From contig NC_058383.1 in the NCBI RefSeq assembly GCF_018350175.1, forward strand, positions 27,902,001-27,966,000: 64,000 bases of DNA, in the 5' to 3' direction. Numbering within the stretch: the first letter of the stretch is position 1; each line of letters starts with the position of its first letter. Origin of the DNA: Felis catus (taxonomy: Eukaryota). Below the pieces are notes generated by a model. That model did not search any database. It saw nothing but the letters and a program-made list of their open reading frames with translations, and had not been told where the DNA came from. This document shows, in pieces, positions 49,963-62,840 of the stretch. The position numbers and the translations under genes are program-made.

Positions 49963-51733
49963 AAGCATAAAATACCTAGGAATAAATCTAAGCAAAGAGG
50001 TGAAAAATCTATACACTGAAAACTACAGAAAGCCTATGAAAGAAACTGAAGAAGACACAAAAAAATGGAAAAAGATTCCATGCTCCTGGATAGGAAGAAT
50101 TGCCCAAGGCAATCTACATATTCAAGGCAATCCCTATCAAAATAACACCAGCATTCTTCACAGAGCTAAAAATTGTATCGAACCAGAAAAGACTCCGAAT
50201 AGCCAAAGAAATCTTGAAAAAGAAAACCAAAGCAGGAGGCATCACAATCCTGGACTTCAAGCTATACTACAAAGCTGTAACGATCAAGACAGTATGGTAT
50301 TGGCACAAGAACAGACACTCAAATCAATGGAAGAGAATAGAGAACCCAGAAATGGACCCACAAATGTATGGCCAACTAATCTTTGACAAAAGAAGAAAGA
50401 ATATTCAATGGAATATAGACAGTCTGTTCAGCAAGTGGTGCTGGGAAAACTGGATGGCAACATGCAGAAGAACGAACCTGGACCACTTTCTTACACCAGA
50501 CACAAAAATAAAGTGGGTGAAAGACCTCAATGTAAGACAGGAAGCCATCAAACTCCTTGAGAAGAAAGCAGGCAAAAACCTCTTTGATCTTGCCTGCAGC
50601 AACTTCTTACTCAACACGTCTCCAGAGGCAAGGGAAACAAAAGCAGAAATGAAGTATTGGGACCTCATCAAAATAAAAACCTTCTGGACAGTGAAGGAAA
50701 CATCAACAAAACTAAAAGGCAACTGACAGAATGGGAGAAGATATTTGCAAATGACATATCAGATAAAGGGTTAGTATCCAAAATCTATAAAGAACGTATC
50801 AAACTCAACACCCCAAAAACAAATAATCCAGTGAAGAAATGGGCAAAAACATGAATAGACACTTCTCCAAAGAAGACAACCAGATGGCCAACCAACACAT
50901 GAAAAGATGCTCAATGTCACTCATCATCAGGAAAATACAAATCAAAACCACAATGAGATACCACCTCACACCTGTCAGAATGGCTAACATTAACAACTCA
51001 GGCAACAACAGATGTTGGCAAGGATGCAGAGAAAGAGGATCTCTTTTGCATTGCTGGTAGGAATGCAAGCTGGTGCAGCCCCTCTGGAAAATAGTATGGA
51101 GGTTCCCTAAAAAACTAAAAATAGAACTATCCTACAACCCAGCAATGGCTCCACTAGGTATTTATCCAAGGGATACAGGAGTGCTGTTTCTAAGGGGCTC
51201 ATGCACCCCACTGTTTATAGCAGCACTATCAACAATAGCCAAAGTATGGAAAAACCTCAAATGTCCATCGATGGCTGAATGGATAAAGAAGATGTGGTAT
51301 ATGCATACAATCAAGTATTACTTGGCAATCAAAAAGAATGATATCTTGCCATTTGCAACTACGTGGGTGGAATTGGAGGGTATTATATGAAGTGAAATTA
51401 GTCAGAGAAAGACAAATATCATATGACTTCACTCCTATGAGGACTTTAAGGGACAAAACAGATGAACATAAGTGAAGGGAAACAAAAATAATATAAAAAC
51501 AGGAAGGGGACAAAACCGAAGAGACTCATAAATATGGAGAACAAACTGAGGGGTAATGGAGGCATTGTGGGAGGGCAATGGGCTAAATGGGTAAGGGGCA
51601 CTAAGGAATCTACTCCTGAAATCATTGTTGCACTATATGCCAACTAATTTGGATGCAAATTATTTTTAAAAAATTAAAATTAAAAATAAAAAAATAAAAA
51701 ATAAGCATTAAAAATTAGAAATTAAAAAAAAAA
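49963..51733 (+). mobile_element. 5'-truncated carnivore L1 inserted in an L1MC-type 3'UTR (about 49890-52035)
   Basis: SIKYLGINL...[18 protein letters not shown]...; A-rich tail; host fragment GTACTCCTCAAAACT resumes after 51735. Confidence 0.93.
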
Positions 51734-52805
51734 GCAAGCAAAGACTGAAAAACCGTCAGAGGAGTTAGACCACAGGAGACGAAGGAAAGACAAGGCTAAA
51801 GGCCACAGGGGACTCTGGCTAAGATTCTGGACAGAAAAGGGACATTAGTAGAAAATTTGGTGAACAAATAAAATCTGGCATTTAGTTAACAGGTTCCAAT
51901 GTTGGTGTTTTAGTTGTGACAGACATACCCCATCAACATAAGAGGATAGTATTCAAGGAACTGAAACCAGGAACTCTCTGTACTATCACAGCAACTTCTC
52001 TAGAAATCTAAAATTACTCCAAAATTAGAAATAAATTTTTTAATTGTATATACCATGAAAAACTCCACTGTGTATTATGTATAGTTTGATAAAAATAAGT
52101 CTAAGTTTAGGCTACAGTACACTTACATAGTGGTTTGAAAACAAGACAAAAACAAAACACCAAATCCAGAGAGGAGGGCAGTGCCAGTCTTGCAACTCCT
52201 TTTATTTATCTTTATTTATATATCTATATCTATTACCAAATATATATCTTTTAAAATCCCAACAAAACAAAAAGAAACAACAAAAAGGAAAACTAAAATT
52301 AAATTAGGATACCATGGATGCTCACCCTCTATCCAGTGAGAAGGGAAACACCCAGGCGAAGGATCTGGGGTTCTCAGTGTTTGCTTACCACTGCCAGTGG
52401 GCCTGCCACCCTGAGGGATTACTATGTCCCAAGAAGAGCCACAAAAGCAAATGGCTCAGCTCCCACTCTCATGGGTTTATAAGACACGTAGCCCCAACCC
52501 TCACCCTCTGATCCCTACTGTCCCCTTTGAGCTACTTCATGGAAAGAGATACATGGAGGTGCCCATTTGTACCCCACCAGGTCAACTGAGACCATGTGTT
52601 GGTCTTAAGAAGTCATGGCAACCTTGATGGAGGAGTGCCTGAGCTGAGTCTTGAAGGAAGAACATAGGGAGTTGGCTAAAGAAAGGGCAGAGGATTCAGA
52701 GAGAGAGGACTGTGCATGCCAAGGCACCAAACCTCAAGACTTAGGTGAATTCAGAGAAGTAGACGAAATGGAGGTGGAAGGAGTAAGAAAGGGCTCTCTC
52801 ATAAT

Positions 52806-53185
52806 GGTCTCTAAGTCGGCTTGGGCTGCTCTAACAAAACGCCACAGGTTGAGTGGCTTCAAAGACACACACTTATTTCTCACAGTTGTGGAAGATGCAA
52901 GTCCACGATCAAGATGCTGTCAGATGTCCTGTCTACTGAGAATCCCCCTTCCTGGCTTCATAGACAGCTGTCTTCTCACTATGACCTCATATGGTAGAAG
53001 GAGCCAGGCACTAGCCCTGGGATGACCTCTTTCATAAGGGTGCTAATCCCATTCATGAGGAGTTCCACCCTCGTGATCAAATCATGTCCCAAAGACACCA
53101 CTGCCTAACCATCGCACAGGCAATTAGGCTTCTAAACAAAACCATTTTAGGGTTTTAGGGGAACACAAACATTCAGTCCATAGCA
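52806..53185 (-). mobile_element. MLT1A-like solo LTR
   Basis: TTGGGCTGCTCTAACAAAA...CACAAACATTCAGTCCATAGCA terminus. Confidence 0.85.
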
Positions 53186-54152
53186 AAGGTTTTGTGTGCT
53201 AACGAATTTGAATTTATCCCGAAGGGGATGGTGCGTTCTAACCAAGCCAGTGAAAGACAACATCAGCATTCCAGAAAGATCCAACACATGGAACAGGGAG
53301 GACAGATGGAAGGCAAGACCACAAGGAGTGAGGCCACAACCCAGGCAAGAAACACGAATACCCTACCCAGAGATAACAGTAGAAAGTTCTCAACAAGGGA
53401 TGTAGGGATGCCACCAGGAACAAGGGACCTTGCCCCAATAAGAAGTGAGGTTACTGCTTCTCTAGGAGCTTTGTAGCTCAACACCATCCCTACTCAAGCT
53501 GGAAAATATCCTCTGTCACTCTCCATTCCACATCGCAAGTCCCTGCCCTGTACCACCCACTTTTGCTGCCAATTGTCTGATGCTGTGTTACACTGCATCT
53601 TAAATCATCAACCTAAGATCTGTTTATTGCAAAAACCAAGGTAATCACAAGGGCTTAATAAAGTTACTAGCAGTATCATATGGGCACTGACTATATCTAA
53701 GTATTATGCTAGCCTTTAACCTGCAAAGACGGATATAGTTATTCCCATTTCACAGATAGGAAAAATGAGGCTCTAAGAAGTTAAATAACATGATTGTACA
53801 GCCCTAAATGAGGGCAGGAACAAGACTGGAACAAGAATGACTCCAATCACACATTCCTCACTGTCTCACTTTTGTCTTCCCTTAGCTCCTTTATTGAATG
53901 TTCCTCTGTCCCTTGGAATCACATACAAGACCATATGGTTAGACCAAAATAAAGTCTGAATAGCTACATCTAGCTGCTTTTTCAATATCCAGTCCTTCCA
54001 ACAGATCTCTGACATTCCAACACTTCAGTTTTGGAGAGCCTGGCTGAACAGCAAGGACAGTAGTTCCAAATCTTTTCCAAGGGATCAGGGGAACAAGGTT
54101 AGTCTGCCATCAAGTAATGCTTGCCTTTTCCTCATTTGTGAAAAAAAAAAAA

Positions 54153-54215
54153 ATGGATGGATGGATGGATGGATGGATGGATGGATGGATGGATGGATGG
54201 GAGATGGATGGATGG
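54153..54215. repeat. (GGAT)n microsatellite
   Basis: Read directly. Confidence 0.95.
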
Positions 54216-54304
54216 AGTGGTGGGTGAGTGCAGGGATGAACGGGTGGATGGATACATGGGCAGTCAAACAGATAGTGGATATGTTTATACACATATTCTC
54301 TACT

Positions 54305-54649
54305 TTTATTTTTTTAATGTTTGGGTTTTTTTTATTTTGAGAGAAAAAGAGACTGCACGTGCAGGGGAGAGGGGCAGAGGGAGAGGAAGAGAGAATCTTA
54401 AGCAGGCTCCATGCTCAGAGAGGAGCCTGACATGGGGCTCGATCCCATGACCATGAGATTATGACCTAAGCTGAAATCAATTTATTTGTGAGAGAGAGAG
54501 ACAGAGCGTGACCAGAGAGAGGGAGACACGGAATCCAAAGCAGGCTCCAGGCTCTGAGCTGTCAGATGTGGGGCTGGAACTCACGGACTGTGAGATCGTG
54601 ACCCGGGGCGAAGTCAGACGCTCAACCGACTGAGCCACCCAGGCACCCC
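54305..54649 (-). mobile_element. Two fused Can-SINEs (54305-54480 lacks head, 54481-54649 lacks most of its tail)
   Basis: Junction GCTGAAATCAA|TTTATTTGTGAGAG; outer repeat TTCTCTA(C/A)TTTT. Confidence 0.9.
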
Positions 54650-55018
54650 GAGTTTTCTCTAATTTTAAAAAGGATCCTAGGAAACTATCAACAATGGTTA
54701 TCATTCCCAGGAGGGAAGAGAGTAGCCAGCACAAAGTGGGAGTGGAAACTACCTTTTACTATAAAATCTTTTCTATCTTTCAAATTCTGAGCTGTGTAAT
54801 ACCTACATTATAATAAATAACAGTATAAAAATAATTTTAAAACACTATGTTAAGTAGATATGTGCATGAATGAGTGGCTGGAAGAATGAATGAATCCTAA
54901 AAACAGAAAAATTTTTAAATAAATAAGTTTTAACTGTTAAATTTACATTTCTCTCCCATTGATTTTTCTTCCACTCTTGGCCCCAACTTCTACTTGTCTG
55001 TGTAAGAATCCAACACGA

Positions 55019-55232
55019 GGGACCTGGGTGGCTCAGTCAGTTAAGCGACCGACTTCGGCTCAGGTCATGATCTCGCAGTTTGTGGGTTCAAGCCCTGCAT
55101 GGGGCTCTGTGCTGACAGCTCAGAGCCTGGAAGCTGCTTCAGATTCTGTGTCTCCCTCTCCCTCTGCTTACGCTCTGACTCTCTCTGTCTTTCAATAATA
55201 AATGTTAACAAAAAAAATTAAAAAAAAAAAAA
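55019..55232 (+). mobile_element. Can-SINE
   Basis: TSD AAGAATCCAACAC at 55004 and 55233. Confidence 0.96.
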
Positions 55233-56223
55233 AAGAATCCAACACAATGTGGTATCCAACTTGGCACATAATCGATTACAAAATTTGGTTATGTTAAGTC
55301 AAATATGTCAATAATGTGGTCTTCTGCAAGAGCGTCTTGACTTCAAGGTTTGCCCACACAAATCTATTCAAGGACTGCTCCACAGGTAAAGTGAGGGATA
55401 AGAGGGCTAAGGCTTGATACATGACACCACATGACTTCTTTACTTTACGTGTAATTTTCCTCTTGTGCATTAACCCCCACCCGTATGCTGGGCCTCTGAA
55501 TACTGTCCCCTCCCTCACTGGAGGAGCACAAGTAAGAGTTATGAGTAACTGGACCCTGACAAGGGACAGACGGTGAGACAAACAACCTCCCCAGCCACCA
55601 TCAATAGCATTTCTAGGAGGAAATGAAAAGACGTGACTCTTGGCAGTAAATGATCTATTGCTTTCCTTTCCATCCGTATGGAAATGGAGCAGAGTTGTTT
55701 CAAAGCCTGGGGTTTATTTTTTAGCTTTCTAAGGGGCTGCTTGGATTTTACACTATAGAGAGGTTGACAACATTCAACAAAACTTTACAGAGCTTCTACT
55801 GAGTTACCATGGGCCCCATGTACTGCCCTCAAGAGCTTTACACTCTAATCCAAGATATGAATGCAATCCAAAAAGGGGGAGGCAGTATTTGGATGTTAAG
55901 TGTCAACAACAAATACCAAATTACTTGCAAGGAGGGAGGATGGTGACGAGTATGTGACATGTTCCTTCTAATTCCCCTGGATGTGGGGGTGGAATTTTTA
56001 ACCGTGGTTGATGTGACTGGACTATCAGAGGTATGTGAAAACACCTGTGTTCACTGTGGGACACCAGACAGTGCATTTCTTCTGGGACAGTTTGGAAGTC
56101 ACAAATTTCTCATCAATAAAGAGAACGAAGGGTCTGTCCAGCTCCAGTAGACACACAGTTCCTCGGAGCAAAGGGGCGTGGTTTGGTGTAGTCTGGACCC
56201 ACCTCCACTATGGGCCCTGGGAC

Positions 56224-57589
56224 TGACCGCAGCCGCAACAATTTCTTACTCAACACGTCTCCAAAGGCAAGGAAATTAAAAGCAAAAATGAACTATTGGG
56301 ACCTCATCAAGATAAAAAGCTTCTGCACTGCAAAGGAAACAATCAACAAAACTAAAAGGCAACCAACGGAATGGGAAAAGATATTTGCAAATGACATATC
56401 AGATAAAGGGCTAGTATCCAAAATCTATAAAGAACTCAACAAACTCCACACCTGAAAAGCAAATAATCCAATGAAGAAATGGGCAGAAGATATGAATAGA
56501 CACTTTTCTAAAGAAGACATCCAGATGGCCAACAGCGACATGAAACGATGCTCAACGTCGCTCCTTATCAGGGAAATACAAATCAAAACCACACTGAGAT
56601 ACCACCTCACGCCAGGCAGAGTGGCTAAAATGAACAAATCAGGGGACTATAGATGCTGGCGAGGATGTGGAGAAACGGAAACCCTCTTGCACTGTTGGTG
56701 GGAATGCAAACCGGTGCAGCCGCTCTGGAAAACAGTATGGAGGTTCCTCAAAAAGTTAAAAATAGATCTACCGTACGACCCAGCAATAGCACCTCTAGGA
56801 ATTTACCCAGGGGATACAGGAGTGCTGATGCATAGGGGCATTTGTACCCCAATGTTTATAGCAGCACTTTCTTTAAAATTTTTTTTTCCAACGTTTTTAT
56901 TTATTTTTGGGACAGAGAGAGACAGAGCATGAACGGGGGAGGGGCAGAGAGAGAGGGAGACACAGAATCGGAAACAGGCTCCAGGCTCTGAGCCATCAGC
57001 CCAGAGCCCGACGCGGGGCTCGAACTCACGGACCGCGAGATCGTGACCTGGCTGAAGTCAGACGCTTAACTGACTGCGCCACCCAGGCGCCCCTATAGCA
57101 GCACTTTCAACAATAGCCAAATTACGGAAAGAGCCTAAATGTCCATCAACTGACAAATGGATAAAGAAGACATGGTTTATATATACAATGGAATACTACT
57201 TGGCAATGAGAAAGAATGAAATCTGGCCACTTGTAGCAACATGGATGGAACTTGAGGGTATTATGCTAAGTGGAACAAGTCAGAGAAAGACAGATACCAT
57301 ATATTTTCACTCATATGTGGATCCTGAGAAACTTTACAGAAGACCATGGGGGAGTGGAAGGGGGAAAAAAAGTTACAGACAGGGAAGGAGGCAAACCATA
57401 AGAGACTCTTTTCAAAAACTGAGAATAAACTGAGGGTTGATGGGGGGTGGGAGGGAGGGGAAAGTGTGTGATGGGCATTGAGGAGGGCACCTGTTGGGAT
57501 GAACACTGGGTGTTGTATGGAAACCAATCTGACAATAAATTATGTTTTATATGAAAAGAGAAAACCAAAAAATAAAATAAAATATTTAA

Positions 57590-57590
<1 letters not shown>
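56224..57590 (+). mobile_element. 5'-truncated felid L1
   Basis: [21 protein letters not shown]...[10 protein letters not shown]; 3'UTR closely similar to 40680-40910. Confidence 0.95.
56872..57093 (-). mobile_element. Young felid Can-SINE (SINEC_Fc-like) inside L1
   Basis: Perfect 15-bp TSD TATAGCAGCACTTTC at 56857-56871 and 57094-57108; CpG-rich. Confidence 0.97.

Positions 57591-57671
<81 letters not shown>
57587..57671. repeat. (GAAA)n microsatellite derived from the L1 tail
   Basis: Read directly. Confidence 0.95.
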
Positions 57672-57672
<1 letters not shown>

Positions 57673-57737
57673 GGAAAGAGAATGAAAACAGAACAACCAT
57701 GTTGGCTGGAGGGTGCCCCAACAGTAATGGCTCAAAT

Positions 57738-57751
57738 GCGCCATCTTGTGG
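57738..57751 (-). promoter_or_regulatory. Candidate CTCF site overlapping a YY1 motif
   Basis: Minus strand CCACAAGATGGCGC fits CCASNAGRKGGCRS; CGCCATCTT fits YY1. Confidence 0.4.
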
Positions 57752-58259
57752 TGATCCCTGCCATCATCCCATGAGCGGTCCACAGCCCCTCCCCAGCCCT
57801 TGCCTCCAAGTTTTGCTCTTGGTGTGTCTATCGGTCCCAGCAGGCAGCACAGAAGGGATCTGGACAAAACAGCATCCTACAGACTGGAATAATTACAAAA
57901 GGCATGTTAAAGGGAAGAAATCTGAGCAGGGTCCTAAAAGAAAAGACATCCAGGCATCAAAGAACAGGAAGGACACTTCCAATGAGGGGCATGACGCGCC
58001 AAGGTTGGCAGCTGGAAAATGCCAGGTCCTATGAGGCTGGGAAGTCAGTGTGGCTGGTGAAGACTCACTCCTCAGTTTCTGTGGGTATGAGGCCTCTCTA
58101 GGGAAGTGTGGACCTTCTGGGATACGCAAGACATCTGTTCTTCATGCATTCATCACCTCATGATGGGGGAGGACATTCGCTTCCCTTTAGTAGCCCCACC
58201 TTGTCTGTGGCTTCCTTTGGGGTCTCCCACTCCACTGCTATGACTGTCCCTATGGACCC

Positions 58260-58455
58260 GTACCATGCTAAGCCATGTGCATTCATTAGTTCATTTCATT
58301 CTCCACCACCCTTAAGGAGGGATACCATTATTACCTCCATTTTACAGATTAAGAAACTGAAGCTCAGAGATGTTAAATCACTCACCCAAAGTGACACAAC
58401 TAATAAGCAGCAGAGCCAGGATTTGAACTGAGCTCTCTACCTGACTCCAAAGCAT
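58260..58455 (-). mobile_element. MIR SINE
   Basis: CCATTTTACAGATTAAGAAACTGAAGCTCAGAGATGTTAAATCACTCACCCAA...CAGGATTTGAAC. Confidence 0.8.
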
Positions 58456-59760
58456 GCCCTTGTTCCTCATAAGGATGATGTAATGTGCAGGCCTCCGCTC
58501 CTGCTTGTGACAAAGACAACGATCACATATGAAATCACTCAATCCAAAGCACTTCTGCTCTCAGCCTAAGTGGTTGCCCAAGAGTCTGCCCATGAAAAGC
58601 TAAAGCTCCTCCTACACCCCTGCAGGTTTGTGCCCCAGGCTTTCTTGTTGCCTGACCAGCGGTAATGGCTAAATGGGAAGGGCTAGGAGGCCGGGGGTCC
58701 AAATGCCGGCTCTACTCCTGAGTGGCTCAGGCATAACATTGTCAAAACCAAGCTCCTGACCCCCAAAACCTGCTCCTCCCATGATGACTTAATCACCTTC
58801 AACTCCTTCCCACTCTCTTCTAGCCACACAGCCCACCCCGCCTTCTTCTTATGTAAACATAGACGGTTCCTGCCTCAGAACATTTGCACTGGCCATTCCC
58901 TCTGCCTGGGGACCCTTTTCTGTCAGATACACTGGCTGGCTACCTCATCTTCAAGTCTTCATACTAAAATCACCAACTCAGTGAGACCAAGCCTGGCCAC
59001 CGCCACCCCAACGCCATGCCCCAACCCCTTTACTAGTTCTGCATTTTCCATGGCAATTGCCACTTTCTACAGTACTATTCAGCTTATTTATTTTGTTTGC
59101 TGTTTCTCGTCTGCCTTCCTCCACCAGAATAAAAGTACCCCTGCATGGTTCTGACTCGTGAAAGGAAGGCAGATTGTACCTGCACACTCTGTCCTCCCTC
59201 AGCTTCCATGCCTGCTGACGTGATCCCTGAAGGTAAAGCAACCATTTTGCAACCATAAAGATAGAAGCTGCATGACAAAGCAGGAAGATGAGAAAGCTGG
59301 GGTCCCGGATGGCGTCACTGATTCACTCTGCCAGCCATGGCCTGTCTACTGCTGAGCTTATTATTGTTCATGCCAAATGAAACCCTGCCCAACCATGTGG
59401 TTATAGTAGAGTCTTCCAACATTTGCAGCCATAGGCAAGCCCCATACAAGATATTGGTGAGTTGAGGGAATCAAAGTGAATATTCTAAGCCCAGAGGATA
59501 GCATATGCAAAGGCCCAAAGGTGCAAGTGAGCAAAGGCAATTCAAACAACAGAAAGTTCAGTGTGGCTGCGATAGAATAGATAAAAAGAAGGTAGTGAAT
59601 GATGAGACTGCAAAAGTGAACAGAGATCTCATCTACTGGGGCCTTATAAATCGAATTAGAGAAGCAGTATAGAGCCACCATAAATTGCTATGAAAAAATT
59701 AAGAGTTAGTTTATGTAAAGTGAGCAACATATAGTGCCTGCTCAAAAAAGGATAAGCACT

Positions 59761-59924
59761 GGGGGCGCCTGGGTGGCTCAACTGGTTGAGCATCCAATTT
59801 CGGCTCAGGTCATGATCTCACAGCTTATGGGTTCAAGCCCCTTATCGGGCTCTGTGCTGACAGCTCAGAGCCTGGAGCCTGCTTCGGATTCTGTCACCCT
59901 CTGTCTACCCCTGTCCTGCTTATA

Positions 59925-59967
<43 letters not shown>

Positions 59968-59986
59968 AAATAAAAATAAACATTAA
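59761..59986 (+). mobile_element. Can-SINE
   Basis: TSD AAAAAAGGATAAGCA on both sides. Confidence 0.96.
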
Positions 59987-60023
59987 AAAAAAGGATAAGC
60001 ATGGTATCACTTTCTGTTAAACC

Positions 60024-61090
60024 ATTTAATTGAGGTAAAACTGACATCTAAAAAGCTCTACATATTTAATTTGCACAACTCGATGAATTTGGGGATAAAT
60101 ACACACCTGTGACACTATCACCACCACTAAGGTCATAGACATACCCATCACCTCCCAAAGTTTCCTCTCATCCCCTTTGCTATAATTATTGATACTATTT
60201 TTGTGTATAGTAAGAACACTTAACATAAGATCTATTCTCTTAATAACTTCTAAGTGCATATAGATATATACACACTTAGATATACAGACACTTAGATATA
60301 GACACTACACTCATAGTCGACCTCTGAAACTTCATGCCCTTTGACCATCACCTCCCATTCTGCAGAACAAACCAAACAGTCAACAAAATGAAAAGATAAC
60401 CTGAAGAAGGCGAAAAATTATTTGCAAGCCATCCACCTGATAAGGGGTTAATACCCAAAATCTATAAGGAACTCATACAACTCAATAGCAAAAATACCAA
60501 TTAACTAATTTTTTAAATGGGCAAAGGACTTGAACAGACATATTTCCAAAGAAGACGTACAAATGGCCAATTGGCCAAAAAGTATATGAGAAGGAACTCA
60601 ACCTTTTTCATCATCAGGGAAATGTAAATCAAAGCTACAGTGAGATACCACTTCATGCCTGTTACAATGGCTATTATTTAAGGGGAAAAAAAGGTAAATG
60701 TTGATGAGGATGTAGAAAAACTCTTGTACACTGCTGGTGGGAATGTAAAATGGTACTTCTAATATGAGGAACAGTACAAAGGTTCCTCAAAAAACTAAAA
60801 AAAGTGCTACCATAATATCTACTTCTGGGCATTTATCCAAAGGAATTGAAATCAGGATCTTGAAGAAAAACCTGCAATCCCATGTTTTCTGCAGCACTAT
60901 TCGCAACAGTCAACAACCTCAGGACCCACTGACGGGTGCATGGTTAAAGACAATGTGGTACATACATACAGTGGAATATTATTCAGCCTTTAAAAGAAGG
61001 AAATCCTGTGGATGAACCTGGAGGGTATTATGCTATGTGAAATAAGCCAGACACAGGACAAATACAGTATGACCTCATTTATATGTGAGT
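60024..61090 (-). mobile_element. Old L1MA/MB with 5' inversion (3'UTR on minus 60024-60360, upstream ORF2 end on plus 60361-61090)
   Basis: TTTAATTGAGGTAAAACTGACA...CCTTTGACCATCACCTCCCATTC abuts a plus-strand block ending ATGACCTCATTTATATGTG. Confidence 0.8.
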
Positions 61091-62087
61091 ATTGTTTTAC
61101 CTCTGGATAAACACAAAGAACTCTCCAACCAAATGGAGATGCATCCCCTTATTTGCAAGCCCACCGGAGATCACAGACACAGGCAGAGGGAACAGAGGAC
61201 AGGGAGATGAAGAGAAACCATCCAGCCAGGACAGCTCAACCACCACTTTACTAGCGTTTGCCACAGTCGGGATTTATTTCCACACAGCGACTCACCCGCA
61301 GCACCAACCTCAAGGCCCCTCTCTAACTGACGGCACCCGTGACACTCAAGATCATCTTAGACAAGAGCAGAAGCTCCAAGGTGCGTTGGCCTCCTGAAGC
61401 GGCCGTCCCCCTTCCCTCCGTGTTCCTGGGCTGTCTCCAGCAGACAGCAGCAGACGCCTAGATGAGGGTTTGATCAATGGAGGCCAGGTTGATATTGATA
61501 AAGCAGCTGCAGTTTCTGCAAATCACCCAGCACTCATAGATACTGAAGATTAATCTTTACAAATACGGGGCAAAGGGGGAGAAAAAAACCAAGTCGATTT
61601 AGTTTCCGATTATTACTTGCTCCAGAAAGCACTGAAGAGTCAAAAGTTTAACTGATGTACATTAGACAGGGAGACAAATCCAGAAATATCACCCAATTAC
61701 CCAGTAGCTTCTAGAAGGTATTTTTCATGACAGCAGGTGGGTTTGCCTTTTCTAAATTAGGAAGGAGACAAGACACCACTAAAAGGATGTTGACTTGGCC
61801 TGGCACACAAGTGCTAACCTCACCGGACAAATGTAAGCCTGAATATTTGTCCTCAGTCTATAGAGTGTCCTTGAAAACACATTTCTACTGATTTCCTCGT
61901 TATTTTTATCTTATACTGTATGTGTCTGTAGAAATTATCTGACTGTTCCTTCCTGGAACCAGATTTTTTTTCATTTTTTATTTTTTTTACTACAAAGAAA
62001 TAATAAATAAAAGTACTTAGCCCCCCCCCCATGCCTCTGTTTTCACATCCAGAGAATGGGTACAAGCCCGGGATGTAATGTACAGCA

Positions 62088-62292
62088 CATTTTATCAACA
62101 TTGACACTAATGGCATTTGGGGCCAGAAAATTCTGTTTGTTGGGGGGTTGTCCTGCGTGTTGTACGAGGTTTAGTTGTATCCGTGGGCTCTACCCATGAG
62201 ATGCCAGCAGCAGCCACCTCCCCACCCCCAGTTATGTCAACCAAAAATGCTCCAGATATTTCCAAATGTTCCTGGGGCACAAAACCACTTGT
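62088..62292 (-). mobile_element. MER20 hAT DNA transposon
   Basis: GGCATTTGGGGCCAGAAAATTCTG...CAACCAAAAATGCTCCAGATATTTCCAAATGTTCCTGGGG. Confidence 0.8.
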
Positions 62293-62664
62293 GTATACAG
62301 CAATGTGCAAATATATCACAAGAGGTGGATAAGTGCATTCAAAAAACCTTCCACAGTGTATTCACATCAACAACAAAACCAAATTCCACACCTCATGCCA
62401 GTTATAAACCCTTCATTCATGTCCAGGTCACAGCCAGAGAACCTGAGGCAGAATCTTTTAAAACATGGGTCACAAAGCAGTTTCCTGAGGTGAGGTCCAG
62501 CTGCCTGCCTCCATAGCTGCACAGAGCCCCATGCTGAGAAGGCCCCACTCTGCTGCTGGTGTCTTGAAATTCCTATTAATTTTTTTAACAAGGAGCCCCA
62601 CATTGTCATTTTGCCCTGGTCAGAGTGTGTAGCCAGTCCTGTCTGAGGTGTGTTTTAAGCTCAG

Positions 62665-62793
62665 GATCCCGAATGGAGCTATTATCTCAAAGAAATATCT
62701 GCACCCCCAGGTTTACTATGGCATTATTTACACAAACCAAGATACGGACACCATCTAAGTGTCCAATGACAGATGAATGGATAAAAAAATGTG

Positions 62794-62840
<47 letters not shown>

